Source: an uncultured Gammaproteobacteria bacterium (GTDB taxonomy: Bacteria; Pseudomonadota; Gammaproteobacteria; Magnimaribacterales; D2472). From it: a stretch of 64,000 bases of DNA. The position numbers and the translations under genes were made by a program. Below, piece after piece: positions 32,574 to 41,891 of the stretch (position 1 is its first letter; each line of letters begins with the position of its first letter). The DNA lies in the NCBI GenBank assembly GCA_964417685.1, contig CAYQIT010000002.1, forward strand, positions 87,482-151,481, in the 5' to 3' direction. The notes beneath the pieces are model-generated. The model was not told the origin of the DNA and ran no database searches. It saw nothing but the letters and a program-made list of their open reading frames with translations.

Positions 32574-33407
32574 ATGGCGATGAATACGCCTAATACTTCA
32601 ATTTTTTCATACGCTATTTATATTTTTATAGCTTCATTTTTCATTTATCTTGATTTTAAATTTAATACATTCTCAAAGCCAAAAAATTTTTATAATTCAA
32701 CCATATTAACTTCAAAATTTATTGTTACTGATTACTTTTTAGATCCCTTAACATCCATACCAAGTAATCTAAAATCAAAATCAATTTTAAAAAAAGAAAA
32801 TAATGAACTAAGAGATCAACTTAATAAAGAATACATTTCAAAATTTATTATTTCTAATAACGAAGGGTTTTTTCTAGAGGAAGACCAACTAGAGAACTTT
32901 ATCGAAAAAGAAGATAGCTTAAACAAAGCAATATTCTCGAAGTTAGTAAGTTTTGATTCTCAAAATTATTTCTGTTGCGATGATCATAAAATGTCAATCA
33001 GAACTATTTCAAAACCAGAAGATAATCTTATTCAGCGTCCCGTAATAAGTGAAAGCGGCATACTTGGCCAAGTCATAAGCGACTTAAATAACATACAAGA
33101 GGTAATGCTTCTATCCAATTCGAGACATTATATTCCAATAGTCTCAAAAGACTTTTATTGTAATGCTAAGGGATCTGGAAAACCTTTAATTGTAACTTGC
33201 TTATATAGCAAACTTATTTGGGAAGATCCTCTTGAGGTGGGACAAGACTTTTACTCATCCGGCTTAGGAGGTATTTTTCCAGTAGGAATTCATTTAGGCA
33301 AAGTTATAGAGATTAGAGAGCTCAATGAAATTCAAAGGGAAGTGAGATTTAAACTCCATGCAAACCCTCTTGAGCATAACTTTTTTGCAATCATGGTGAG
33401 TCAGTGA
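32574..33407 (+). CDS. mreC: Rod-shape-determining protein MreC
   Basis: 277 aa with an N-terminal TM, a coiled-coil segment (KKENNELRDQLNKE) and a C-terminal beta-rich domain. Position after mreB. Confidence 0.75.
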   Translation: MAMNTPNTSIFSYAIYIFIASFFIYLDFKFNTFSKPKNFYNSTILTSKFIVTDYFLDPLTSIPSNLKSKSILKKENNELRDQLNKEYISKFIISNNEGFFLEEDQLENFIEKEDSLNKAIFSKLVSFDSQNYFCCDDHKMSIRTISKPEDNLIQRPVISESGILGQVISDLNNIQEVMLLSNSRHYIPIVSKDFYCNAKGSGKPLIVTCLYSKLIWEDPLEVGQDFYSSGLGGIFPVGIHLGKVIEIRELNEIQREVRFKLHANPLEHNFFAIMVSQ

Positions 33408-33886
33408 ACCAAGAGAGCCTAACAAAAATTTTATTTTATATAGTCATTGGAATAAACCTAGAGGCATACATAAACAACTTTCTTGTTAATTTCTTAATTA
33501 TTGTTCCCTTATCATTCTTAATATACTCATACTTTGTATACAAAAGTAATATTGCATTCTCAGCAACAGCCTCCTTTTTTATTGGTATTTTTGTTGACTT
33601 GATCAGTGGAAGCTATATTGGTCTAAATGCTTTAGTTTATTTAATTACTACTTACATCATAAATAGTTATAAATATGTATTCAGGTTGTTTTCATATCTA
33701 CAGATTTCAATATTTTTTGGAATAATAGCAACGGTTTATATCGGACTTACTCATTTATTTATTAATATAAGTAATTATTCTTATCTGATACTTTTTGTTT
33801 CATTCGTAACTAACTCGATTTTAAGCTTTATACTTTCAGTAATAAGGGTTTATAGACCTATTTTTTTTAGAAATAGGAGGCTTTAG
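33404..33886 (+). CDS. mreD: Rod-shape-determining protein MreD
   Basis: 160 aa, polytopic and hydrophobic. ATGA-type overlap with mreC. Assigned mainly by position. Confidence 0.65.
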   Translation: MNQESLTKILFYIVIGINLEAYINNFLVNFLIIVPLSFLIYSYFVYKSNIAFSATASFFIGIFVDLISGSYIGLNALVYLITTYIINSYKYVFRLFSYLQISIFFGIIATVYIGLTHLFINISNYSYLILFVSFVTNSILSFILSVIRVYRPIFFRNRRL

Positions 33887-33889
33887 AAA

Positions 33890-36280
33890 ATGAGCATTAT
33901 AAAAAGGATATCTTTAAAAATATTCTTAACAATTTCTATTCTTTTATCATTTATAGCAATATTGTTAATAACTATTTCGGTTCTTTTAACATCAAAGCCA
34001 CAAACAGGATTATTAATTATAGATAAGCTTTTTATTGATTCTTATGAGATTTCATCTGAATTTATTCAAATTGATAATTTATTTACTACCCCAAGCATTT
34101 TTGCAAAAGATATTTCTATTTCAAGTGATGCTCAGCAGATAAAAATAGAAGAAATCGCAGTTAAGTTTGATTTATTCAATCTTATATTAAATAAAAACTT
34201 ATTTTTTAAGAGATTTCATCTCGTTGGCTATAAAGCTATTAATTTAAGAGATAGTGATGACCTAAAATCAAATGACTATGAATACTCATTAATAAATGGC
34301 CATGATCTTAAAATAAAAACAAATCAACTTAATTTAATCTCCTCTAAATTTTCAATAGAGTCTCTTGGTGGCAATAATTCAATTCAATTAAACAATGGAA
34401 ATATTAATGATATTAACTTCTCCAAACTTGATGTCTTGATCAACAAAAATAATAAAATTTTTTATAAAGGAACGCATAATTTATTTGCTGAAGACTTGGA
34501 TAAACTTGGAATAATAAAGAGCTCAGATTTTAAGTATGCTGACATAAAAACGAGCATTTTAAGCAGAGGTTCAATTGATCCATCTGACCCAGTTAAAAAT
34601 AAGACATTTTATAAAATTGATATTTTTAATTCTAACTTAACATTTAATTCTGGGTATTTAGTTAGTGCTATAAATTCAAGTCTATACTCGGATCTTAATG
34701 GTGGCTTATACGGTTCTTTTTCATCCAGCTTACCATTACAGGATGCAATTCAAGATATTAATGGCTCTGTCTTATATATAAGAAATAAAGGTCTTGAGTT
34801 AATTTCTTCTTTTAACATTGATATGGAAAAGTTAATCAATCCTAATCCATATTTTAGCCTCTCTGGAAAAGAGTCATTTGAAACAAGCTTTAAAATTACA
34901 CCTGAGCAGAAATTAACATTAACTTTAAATACTGATCTTCAAGAAACTTATATATTTTCAACAATAGATGAAATCTCCAAGCCTTTAGGAAAGCCTTTAT
35001 TTACATCAATCAAGATTCCAAGTCTTGTAGACCCGACTTATGAGATTTCTAATGAATTATTCAAAGCATACATAGGCCATGCTGGAGAAGAGGGGTATTT
35101 TATCTTTGGTGATTATGGAGGGAATATTAAAGAAAAAGATGGGTTTCACATATATCTTGATCTTGATCTTTTTGATTTTTCATCTGTCAGGTTTGATGCA
35201 ACTGCAGAAGGCGAATCTTTTGTTAAGACCATTTCATTGCGAGCAAAAGAATTTAAAATGCTTAATAACTCTTTTGTTGATCAATTTATTAACTTAAATT
35301 TTAAAAAAAGTGGATTATTTGGCAATTTTAAAGGCAGTGATTTAAATGGTGAGCTAATAGTTGATAATACTGGTTTCTCAAAGGTTGTCCTTAATAAAAC
35401 AACCATAGAAAATTTAAATTTTATTTCACGAACTAGTCAAGTTACATCTAACATTAATGACTCATCACTTATAAATATGCGAATACAAGGAAGCGAAATA
35501 TCAATTGCTGGAGAAAACTTTGAAAGTATAGATTTCTACGTTTTAAGAAACAAAAGCTTGATAACCATAGAAGATATAAATATCACAAGCGATTACATTA
35601 ATATTTATCCACTTGATTCAGGAGAAAATGCATTTGTTAGTTATTCTACTTCAGATGACCTATATAAAATTAAAGGTTCTTTTGAAATAGATGGCAGCTC
35701 AAAATTTATAAAAGATTCGCTTAATTATGATTTTGACTTCTTAAACACAGAGCTTAGTATTCAATGGAATAGTATCGAAGATCTTATCAATCTCGAAGGC
35801 AAAGTTAAATTCTTAACAAAAGATTTCACCGTAGAAAATGATATTTCTAGCTCTGCTTTTTTGAATGCTTTAAAAATTCTTAATTTAGATGCAATTATAA
35901 AAAATATAGACTCAAATAGGCCATCATCTAGAGACTCCTTATTTTTAACTAGAGCTTCTGGGGACATTATTTTTAGTACTAAAAGAGGTTTAATATCAAA
36001 TCCAATCTCTATAGAAACTGATGAAGCTAAGATGCTTTGGGTGGGGGAAATAGTAAAAAATAATGATGGATACCTCAGTGATTTGAATCTAGATATGTCT
36101 ATGCGAATTAAAGTTTCTGAAAATCTTCCTTGGTATGCTGCAATACTTGGAGGAATACCTGCAGTAGCTGGAACCCTTGTATTTCAAGATTTGTTTGAGG
36201 AGAACATTGATGCAGCTTCATCAATAACTTTTAAGATAGATGGTACTATCGAAGACCCTGTCTTAAATAGATTAAATTAA
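33890..36280 (+). CDS. Large N-terminally anchored envelope protein, probably a shortened YhdP/AsmA-like protein
   Basis: 796 aa with a single N-terminal TM (ISLKIFLTISILLSFIAILLITISVLL), then a long N/S/I/K/D-rich, beta-looking region. The C-terminus is hydrophobic and then ends in ITFKIDGTIEDPVLNRL. It occupies the slot downstream of mreBCD where Pseudomonas and E. coli have yhdP. The family call is not verified. Confidence 0.4.
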   Translation: MSIIKRISLKIFLTISILLSFIAILLITISVLLTSKPQTGLLIIDKLFIDSYEISSEFIQIDNLFTTPSIFAKDISISSDAQQIKIEEIAVKFDLFNLILNKNLFFKRFHLVGYKAINLRDSDDLKSNDYEYSLINGHDLKIKTNQLNLISSKFSIESLGGNNSIQLNNGNINDINFSKLDVLINKNNKIFYKGTHNLFAEDLDKLGIIKSSDFKYADIKTSILSRGSIDPSDPVKNKTFYKIDIFNSNLTFNSGYLVSAINSSLYSDLNGGLYGSFSSSLPLQDAIQDINGSVLYIRNKGLELISSFNIDMEKLINPNPYFSLSGKESFETSFKITPEQKLTLTLNTDLQETYIFSTIDEISKPLGKPLFTSIKIPSLVDPTYEISNELFKAYIGHAGEEGYFIFGDYGGNIKEKDGFHIYLDLDLFDFSSVRFDATAEGESFVKTISLRAKEFKMLNNSFVDQFINLNFKKSGLFGNFKGSDLNGELIVDNTGFSKVVLNKTTIENLNFISRTSQVTSNINDSSLINMRIQGSEISIAGENFESIDFYVLRNKSLITIEDINITSDYINIYPLDSGENAFVSYSTSDDLYKIKGSFEIDGSSKFIKDSLNYDFDFLNTELSIQWNSIEDLINLEGKVKFLTKDFTVENDISSSAFLNALKILNLDAIIKNIDSNRPSSRDSLFLTRASGDIIFSTKRGLISNPISIETDEAKMLWVGEIVKNNDGYLSDLNLDMSMRIKVSENLPWYAAILGGIPAVAGTLVFQDLFEENIDAASSITFKIDGTIEDPVLNRLN

Positions 36281-37612
36281 GAAAATTGTTGCCAAACCTA
36301 AGAAAGATAGAAACCCAATAACATCAGTTACAGTTGTAACAACAACAGACCCAGCAATTGCTGGGTCTTGATTGAGCTTTCTTAATACTAGTGGAACAAT
36401 TACACCTGCAAAAACAGAGCTTATTAAATTTATTATCAAGGCACAGGATATTAAGATAGAAATGAGAGAGTTTTGAAACCAAATATATGTTACAAAACCA
36501 ACTAATATTGAAAGAACTATTCCATTTAAAATAGATACAGCAAGTTCTCTTTTAAAGAGCCATTTTATATTTGTATCATTTATTTGCTCAAGAGTTAGTC
36601 CTCTTAAGACTATTGTTAGAGTTTGAGTGGCTGCAACCCCACCCATGCTTGCAACTATGGGCATCAATACGGCTAGATATACAACCTTATCCAAGGTATC
36701 TTGAAATATATTTATAGACATGGATGCAATAAAAGCTGTTAAAAGGTTCATACTTAGCCAAAATACCCTACTTTTTGCGGCTCTTCCTGGAGGTGCAAAA
36801 GTATCTTCTGCAACACCAGCCATGCCTAAAAAGTTTTGATCTGCATCCTCCAAAATTACATCAACAACATCATCAATAGTTATTCTTCCAAGAAGTTCTC
36901 CATTGTTATTAACAACTGCGGCTGATATGAGATTATTTCTTTCAAAGATGGTTGCAACATCTCTGTCTGATTCTGTTACAAGTATTGGATCTACTTTAGG
37001 TGAAATTAAATTTTCAACCCTTTCAGATACCTCGGATGTAATTATTTTATTTATTAAAATCTCCCCAAGATATTTATCATCTTTGGATACAACAAAAATT
37101 TTATCAGTATTTTCAGGTAATTCTTTTTGCTCTCTAAGATATCTGGTAACAACCTCAACAGTATGATCGGGCCTAACACTTAAGACATCGGTATTTAATA
37201 ATCCCCCAGCGGTATCATCAGGGTAAACTAATCCTTCTTCGATTCTATTTCTGTCTCTCAAAGACATTTTTGAAAGTATGGATTGCATCCTCTCTTCTGG
37301 GAGGTTCTGAAGAATATCTACAACTTCGTCTAACTCAAGCTCTTTGACAGCCTCTGATAATTCTTCATTTGAAATGCCTGAGATTAAGTCCTGCTGAATT
37401 TCTTCTCCAACATCAGCCAAAACATCGCCTTCTTCACTTGTTTCAAGCAGAGAAAATAATAACTTTCTTTGATCTGGGGGAGAAGATTCTAATACATGCG
37501 CTATTTCAGAATGAGGCATGTCCTTTAAGATTGTTTTTATTTGATTAAGTGAAAGCTCTTTATCTTTTACATCTAGTATTTTTTGAAGATTATTAAGATC
37601 AATTGAACTCAT
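36272..37612 (-). CDS. mgtE: Magnesium transporter MgtE
   Basis: 446 aa with an MgtE N-domain (PHSEIAHVLESSPPDQRKLLFSLL), tandem CBS region and a 5-TM C-terminal channel domain. Confidence 0.9.
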   Translation of the reverse strand: MSSIDLNNLQKILDVKDKELSLNQIKTILKDMPHSEIAHVLESSPPDQRKLLFSLLETSEEGDVLADVGEEIQQDLISGISNEELSEAVKELELDEVVDILQNLPEERMQSILSKMSLRDRNRIEEGLVYPDDTAGGLLNTDVLSVRPDHTVEVVTRYLREQKELPENTDKIFVVSKDDKYLGEILINKIITSEVSERVENLISPKVDPILVTESDRDVATIFERNNLISAAVVNNNGELLGRITIDDVVDVILEDADQNFLGMAGVAEDTFAPPGRAAKSRVFWLSMNLLTAFIASMSINIFQDTLDKVVYLAVLMPIVASMGGVAATQTLTIVLRGLTLEQINDTNIKWLFKRELAVSILNGIVLSILVGFVTYIWFQNSLISILISCALIINLISSVFAGVIVPLVLRKLNQDPAIAGSVVVTTVTDVIGFLSFLGLATIFLI

Positions 37613-37642
37613 ATATCAAGTTTAACCTATTAAGTTTGAAGT

Positions 37643-38917
37643 TTATCTATTTCTTGAGGAGGGTATGTTTAATTGTTTTCTGTATTTAGTAATTGTTCTT
37701 CTTGCCAATCCAAATCCTCGCAAATTTAACATTTGAACAATTTTTTGATCGCTAAGGGGATTTTTTTCTTCATCAATAATTTTTTTTATTTGGTCCATGA
37801 GCTGGAGAGGAGTGACCATCCTGGTTTTAGAAACTGAAGATGCAAGAAATGACTTAAGGGGTATTATTCCCTTTGGAGTATCAATATATTTTGATTTGAT
37901 AATTCGAGATATGGTGGATGGGTGAACGCCAAGTTCATCTGATATATCTTTGTTTGTTAGTGGAGAAACTTTGAGTGGATTATTCCCTAAAAAATCAATC
38001 TGCCTCTTACAAATCATCTCACCAACCCTTAACACAGTTTCATTTCTTCTTCTGATTGATGATACCAACCATTTTGCTTCTTCAATATTTTTTGAAAGGC
38101 CTTCATTAGGATCTTTCTTAAGAGCTTTTTGAGTTTCTTTTACAAAATTTTCATCTAAAACTATTGATGGAAAGTTATCAGTCACAAATTGAGTTGAAAT
38201 TTTATCATTTGACTCAAGTGTAATTTTTAAGTCTGGGTATATGTAATTAGTTTCTTCGTAATTTAAGCCAGGACTTAAATCACAGTTTCTTATAACTTGG
38301 ATTGTTTTTTTGACATCTCTATCATCATAACCAGAATAAACTAGAGTGTTGAAACATTCATCCAAATCATCAGAAGAAATCTCATAGAGAATCTTATTAG
38401 CAATTTCTAATTCAATATCGCTTATGTTGCTTTTTTTTATTTGAAGAAATATACACTCCTTAAAATCTCTAAATCCAACCCCAGACGGGGAAAGCTCATG
38501 AATAATATTAATCAAATTATTCTCAATAGTTTTATATGTATACTTATAATCTAGGAATTCCTCAATTTCTGACAATCCATCAGCCAATCTTCCGGTTTCA
38601 TCAATAGAATTCACAATTGATTCTGAAATCTCATAATCGCTTGTAGATAAATTTAAATCATTAATTTGATTCAACAAAGATGACTTAAGACTTTCAGATG
38701 CTGCAAAATCAAAATCAAAATCATCAATAGATGTTTGATTTGAAATATCTAGTTCATAGTCATTCTTCTCTAAAAAAGGGTTTGATTCAATCTCTCTCTC
38801 AATTTTTTGAACTAATTCGAATCTAGATAGATGCAACAATTCAATTGATTTACGTAATTGTGGGGTGATTGATATTTTTTGAGACTGTTTCTGTTCTTTG
38901 CTAAGAGAAATCGCCAT
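37643..38917 (-). CDS. rpoN: RNA polymerase sigma-54 factor
   Basis: 424 aa. Region I is ITPQLRKSIELLHLSRFEL. HTH is present, and the C-terminal RpoN box is ARRTITKYR. Confidence 0.92.
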   Translation of the reverse strand: MAISLSKEQKQSQKISITPQLRKSIELLHLSRFELVQKIEREIESNPFLEKNDYELDISNQTSIDDFDFDFAASESLKSSLLNQINDLNLSTSDYEISESIVNSIDETGRLADGLSEIEEFLDYKYTYKTIENNLINIIHELSPSGVGFRDFKECIFLQIKKSNISDIELEIANKILYEISSDDLDECFNTLVYSGYDDRDVKKTIQVIRNCDLSPGLNYEETNYIYPDLKITLESNDKISTQFVTDNFPSIVLDENFVKETQKALKKDPNEGLSKNIEEAKWLVSSIRRRNETVLRVGEMICKRQIDFLGNNPLKVSPLTNKDISDELGVHPSTISRIIKSKYIDTPKGIIPLKSFLASSVSKTRMVTPLQLMDQIKKIIDEEKNPLSDQKIVQMLNLRGFGLARRTITKYRKQLNIPSSRNR

Positions 38918-38922
38918 AAGAA

Positions 38923-39642
38923 TTAACTATACATCTTTCCGATATAAACTTTTTTTACAAGCTCATTTGTAATTAAATCTTCTTTTGTGCCATTTGCTAT
39001 TACTTTGCCTTGATTTATTACAATTGATTCAAAGCATATATCTAAAGCTTCCCTCACATTGTGATCAGTTATTAGAATACCCACATCGCTTTGAGCAACT
39101 AGTTTTAATATCTTCTGAATTTCTTCAATTGCTATTGGATCAATGCCTGCAAATGGTTCATCTAAGAGAATAATTTTTGGATCAGCTGCAAGTGTTCTTG
39201 CTATCTCGACTTTCCTTCTCTGACCTCCAGATAATTGTCTTCCTTTAGATTCAAGAATATCTTGAAGACCAAAATCTTCAATTGATTTATCCAAAAAGTT
39301 TTTAATTTCTTGCTCTGAATTATAGGAAAGTTCTGCAAGACCAAGGAGATTCTCTTTCACAGTTAGATCAAGAAAAATAGATGGCTCTTGAGGTAAATAT
39401 TTTATGCCTAATTTTGACCTCTCATGCATTGGAAGCTTTGTTAGATCATCATTACCAAGAAAAATCTTACCTTTATCAGATTTAATCAAACCAGCTATAG
39501 TATAAAACGTCGTGGTTTTTCCAGCCCCATTTGGGCCAAGCAATCCGTATATATTTCCAGCGCTAATTGAAAAACTAATATCATTTATGATTTTTTTATT
39601 ATTTATGCTTTTAGAAATATTCTTAACTTTTAACATAATCAA
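38923..39642 (-). CDS. lptB: LPS export ABC transporter ATPase LptB
   Basis: 239 aa with Walker A GPNGAGKTT, signature LSGGQRR and Walker B ILLDEP. Position is between lptA and rpoN. Confidence 0.9.
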   Translation of the reverse strand: MIMLKVKNISKSINNKKIINDISFSISAGNIYGLLGPNGAGKTTTFYTIAGLIKSDKGKIFLGNDDLTKLPMHERSKLGIKYLPQEPSIFLDLTVKENLLGLAELSYNSEQEIKNFLDKSIEDFGLQDILESKGRQLSGGQRRKVEIARTLAADPKIILLDEPFAGIDPIAIEEIQKILKLVAQSDVGILITDHNVREALDICFESIVINQGKVIANGTKEDLITNELVKKVYIGKMYS

Positions 39643-40037
39643 TTTGATTCTATAAAACCTGAGCTGGGACTAAATATTATTTTCTCAGATGAGATTGTCA
39701 TATTATCGTATTTCATTTTTGCATTTCCAATAAGGTGAACCTTTTCATTATTATAGAAAACAATTTTTGACGCGCTGCCATAGAAATCTTTTTTATTATC
39801 AAGTGATTTTAATGAAGAAGGATTTCCAGTTATTTCAATAATTTTTGTATCATTGTCATATATAGCCTTGTTTGCGTTTATCAAGACCATCCCTGAATCA
39901 ATAGATATGTTTTCGCTGAAGATTACTTTATTTTCATTATTAGCAATATTTACCTTGTCTGAATTTATAACCAGATCATCTGGTTCACCTGCATAAAGAG
40001 AACAAGCCAGAAATAATGATAAAATTTTTTTTATCAT
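39639..40037 (-). CDS. lptA: Periplasmic LPS transport protein LptA (short, OstA-like)
   Basis: 132 aa with a signal peptide (MIKKILSLFLACSLYAG). The OstA-fold pattern INSDK...FSENISI...INANKA...GNP...GSASKI...LIGNAKM aligns to E. coli LptA. Overlaps the lptB start. Confidence 0.7.
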   Translation of the reverse strand: MIKKILSLFLACSLYAGEPDDLVINSDKVNIANNENKVIFSENISIDSGMVLINANKAIYDNDTKIIEITGNPSSLKSLDNKKDFYGSASKIVFYNNEKVHLIGNAKMKYDNMTISSEKIIFSPSSGFIESN

Positions 40038-40041
40038 ATAG

Positions 40042-41007
40042 TTATATTATCCTTGCCTGTATCAAATCATGCATTGATAGTATCCCAATAATTTCATCAT
40101 CATTGCTCTCAACAGCAAGTACGAAAATTTTATTTTCTTCCATTAATTTTGCTGCATCTATTGCTAACACATCACTATTTATTTTGATAAAGTTTTTTGT
40201 CATCACCTCTTCAATATATGTTGTATCTATATTGGTAGAATTATTAATACACCTTCTTAAATCACCGTCTGAGAATATACCTATTATATTATTGCCATTA
40301 TTAACCAAAGTTACACCAAGCTTTTTTTCAGTCATTTCTAACAAAGCATTAGTCAAAAGAGTGCCTTTGGAAACTTTTGGCAAGTCATCTCCCTTATGCA
40401 TCAGATCAGAAACTCGAGTTATAAGCTTTTTACCCAATTTTCCAGCTGGGTGCGAACTAGCAAAATCATCTTTGGTAAAACCCTTTGCTTCAAGCAAAGC
40501 AATTGCGAGAGCATCTCCAAATGCCAAGGCAGCTGTTGTGGATGATGTTGGGGCAAGATCTAGTGGACAGGCTTCCTCTGACTTTACGACTATAGGTATA
40601 TCAGAACCTTTTGCCATTGTAGACATTTGATTGCTTGATATAGAAACAATTAATTTAGATAGTCTTTTAATCGAAGGCATAATATTGATTATTTCATCAG
40701 TCTCTCCAGAATTTGAGATCAATATAACTATATCTTCCTTATCAATAAGACCCATATCCCCATGGGCTGCCTCTGTTGGGTGGATGAATACTGATTTTGT
40801 TCCTGTGCTTGATAAGGTTGCTGCTATTTTTTGTCCAATATGGCCAGATTTTCCAATACCCATAATGACTAACTTACCTTTACTTTCAAGCGCACTTAAA
40901 CAAAGTTTCTCAAAATTTGAATCAAGTTGATTTGACAAATCAGAGACAGCTTTCGCTTCTATTTGAAATGTATTTTTTGCTGATTGCAGAAAGTTATATT
41001 TTTTCAT
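40042..41007 (-). CDS. kdsD: Arabinose-5-phosphate isomerase KdsD (SIS + tandem CBS)
   Basis: Contains GIGKSGHIGQKIAATLSSTGT and HPTEAAHGDMG, plus C-terminal CBS pairs. I prefer the ATG at 41007 (MKKYNFLQ...). The tracked TTG start at 41031 is the alternative. Confidence 0.9.
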   Translation of the reverse strand: MKKYNFLQSAKNTFQIEAKAVSDLSNQLDSNFEKLCLSALESKGKLVIMGIGKSGHIGQKIAATLSSTGTKSVFIHPTEAAHGDMGLIDKEDIVILISNSGETDEIINIMPSIKRLSKLIVSISSNQMSTMAKGSDIPIVVKSEEACPLDLAPTSSTTAALAFGDALAIALLEAKGFTKDDFASSHPAGKLGKKLITRVSDLMHKGDDLPKVSKGTLLTNALLEMTEKKLGVTLVNNGNNIIGIFSDGDLRRCINNSTNIDTTYIEEVMTKNFIKINSDVLAIDAAKLMEENKIFVLAVESNDDEIIGILSMHDLIQARII

Positions 41008-41047
41008 AAGGCCGCATTTTAATTTTATCAACTGTTATAATAAATCA

Positions 41048-41677
41048 ATGTTGTCCAATCATAAAAATTATTTCTTCTCAATTTTTTTTGTACTTTGTTC
41101 TTTCGAAACAAATGCAGAGGAAAATCCATATATCTATATTGATACAAATGCCCAATTAATGGTTGAAACTCTTAAAAAAAATAAGCAATTGTTTGCTAAT
41201 GATAGAGATTTATTTGAAGATAAAATTAAAGAAATCTTTGAACCAATGATTGATTTTAGGCTTATAGCAGCATCTGTGATGGGTAAGAAATATTATTTTA
41301 AAGCAACAAAAGATGAAAGAGTTGAGTTTATTGAAATCTTTAAAGACTCTCTTCTTGATACCTATGCTGAAACATTAGCTCAATGGGAAGACCAAGTTAT
41401 TGAAACTATTTTTGTAGAATACGATAGTGAAAAAGCTCCTAAAAGTATTGAAGTTAAACAAGAGTTAAATACAGGTGATAGCATTTATCCTATACTTTAC
41501 AAACTCAGAAAAACAGAAAATGGCTGGGCTATTATAAATATAATAATTAATGGGGTTAATCTAGGTCTTACGTTTAGAAATCAATTCAGGGCTCTTGCTG
41601 ATGAACATGATGAAAATGTGACACTGACTATTAAGAATTGGGTTTCTGATGCGGGGAATGCTGGAATAGATGGATAA
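41048..41677 (+). CDS. mlaC: Periplasmic phospholipid-binding protein MlaC (Ttg2D family)
   Basis: 209 aa with a signal peptide. It aligns to E. coli MlaC across NPY..., the GKKYYFKATKDERVEF (GQYYKSATPAQREAYF) block and the W...I..GV......R.QF block. Confidence 0.8.
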   Translation: MLSNHKNYFFSIFFVLCSFETNAEENPYIYIDTNAQLMVETLKKNKQLFANDRDLFEDKIKEIFEPMIDFRLIAASVMGKKYYFKATKDERVEFIEIFKDSLLDTYAETLAQWEDQVIETIFVEYDSEKAPKSIEVKQELNTGDSIYPILYKLRKTENGWAIINIIINGVNLGLTFRNQFRALADEHDENVTLTIKNWVSDAGNAGIDG

Positions 41678-41891
41678 AGATATTTTAAAAAAAATAATTA
41701 TTGATGAAATTAAAGATGCAGATATTGCTTTTGTAGGAGATGATTGCAATTTAAAGCTATCAGTTACTTCAAATCAATTTTCAGGAGTGCCAATCATTCA
41801 ACAGCATCGTATGATCTTAAATCTATTAAGAGATAATTTTGAATCTGGCGAGCTTCATGCTCTCAGTTTAGAGACACATTCAAAAGAATAA
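41670..41891 (+). CDS. ibaG: BolA-family protein IbaG (YrbA)
   Basis: 73 aa. The pattern VGDD...F.G......QHRMI...L......LHALSL aligns to E. coli IbaG. Conserved position just upstream of murA. Confidence 0.7.
   Translation: MDKDILKKIIIDEIKDADIAFVGDDCNLKLSVTSNQFSGVPIIQQHRMILNLLRDNFESGELHALSLETHSKE

Noticed and set aside
40016-40630. A 204-aa ORF antisense to kdsD. Similar long antisense ORFs occur at 40631-40930, 42268-42603, 42628-42963 (murA), 52356-52745 (ftsZ), 13006-13341 (infB), 28492-28797 and 29068-29325 (gatB).
   Set aside because: Each lies fully inside a confidently identified gene on the other strand. They lack Shine-Dalgarno sequences and have the S/I/L/P/A-rich composition typical of antisense frames of AT-rich or Gly/Ala-rich genes. 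There are no recognisable motifs.
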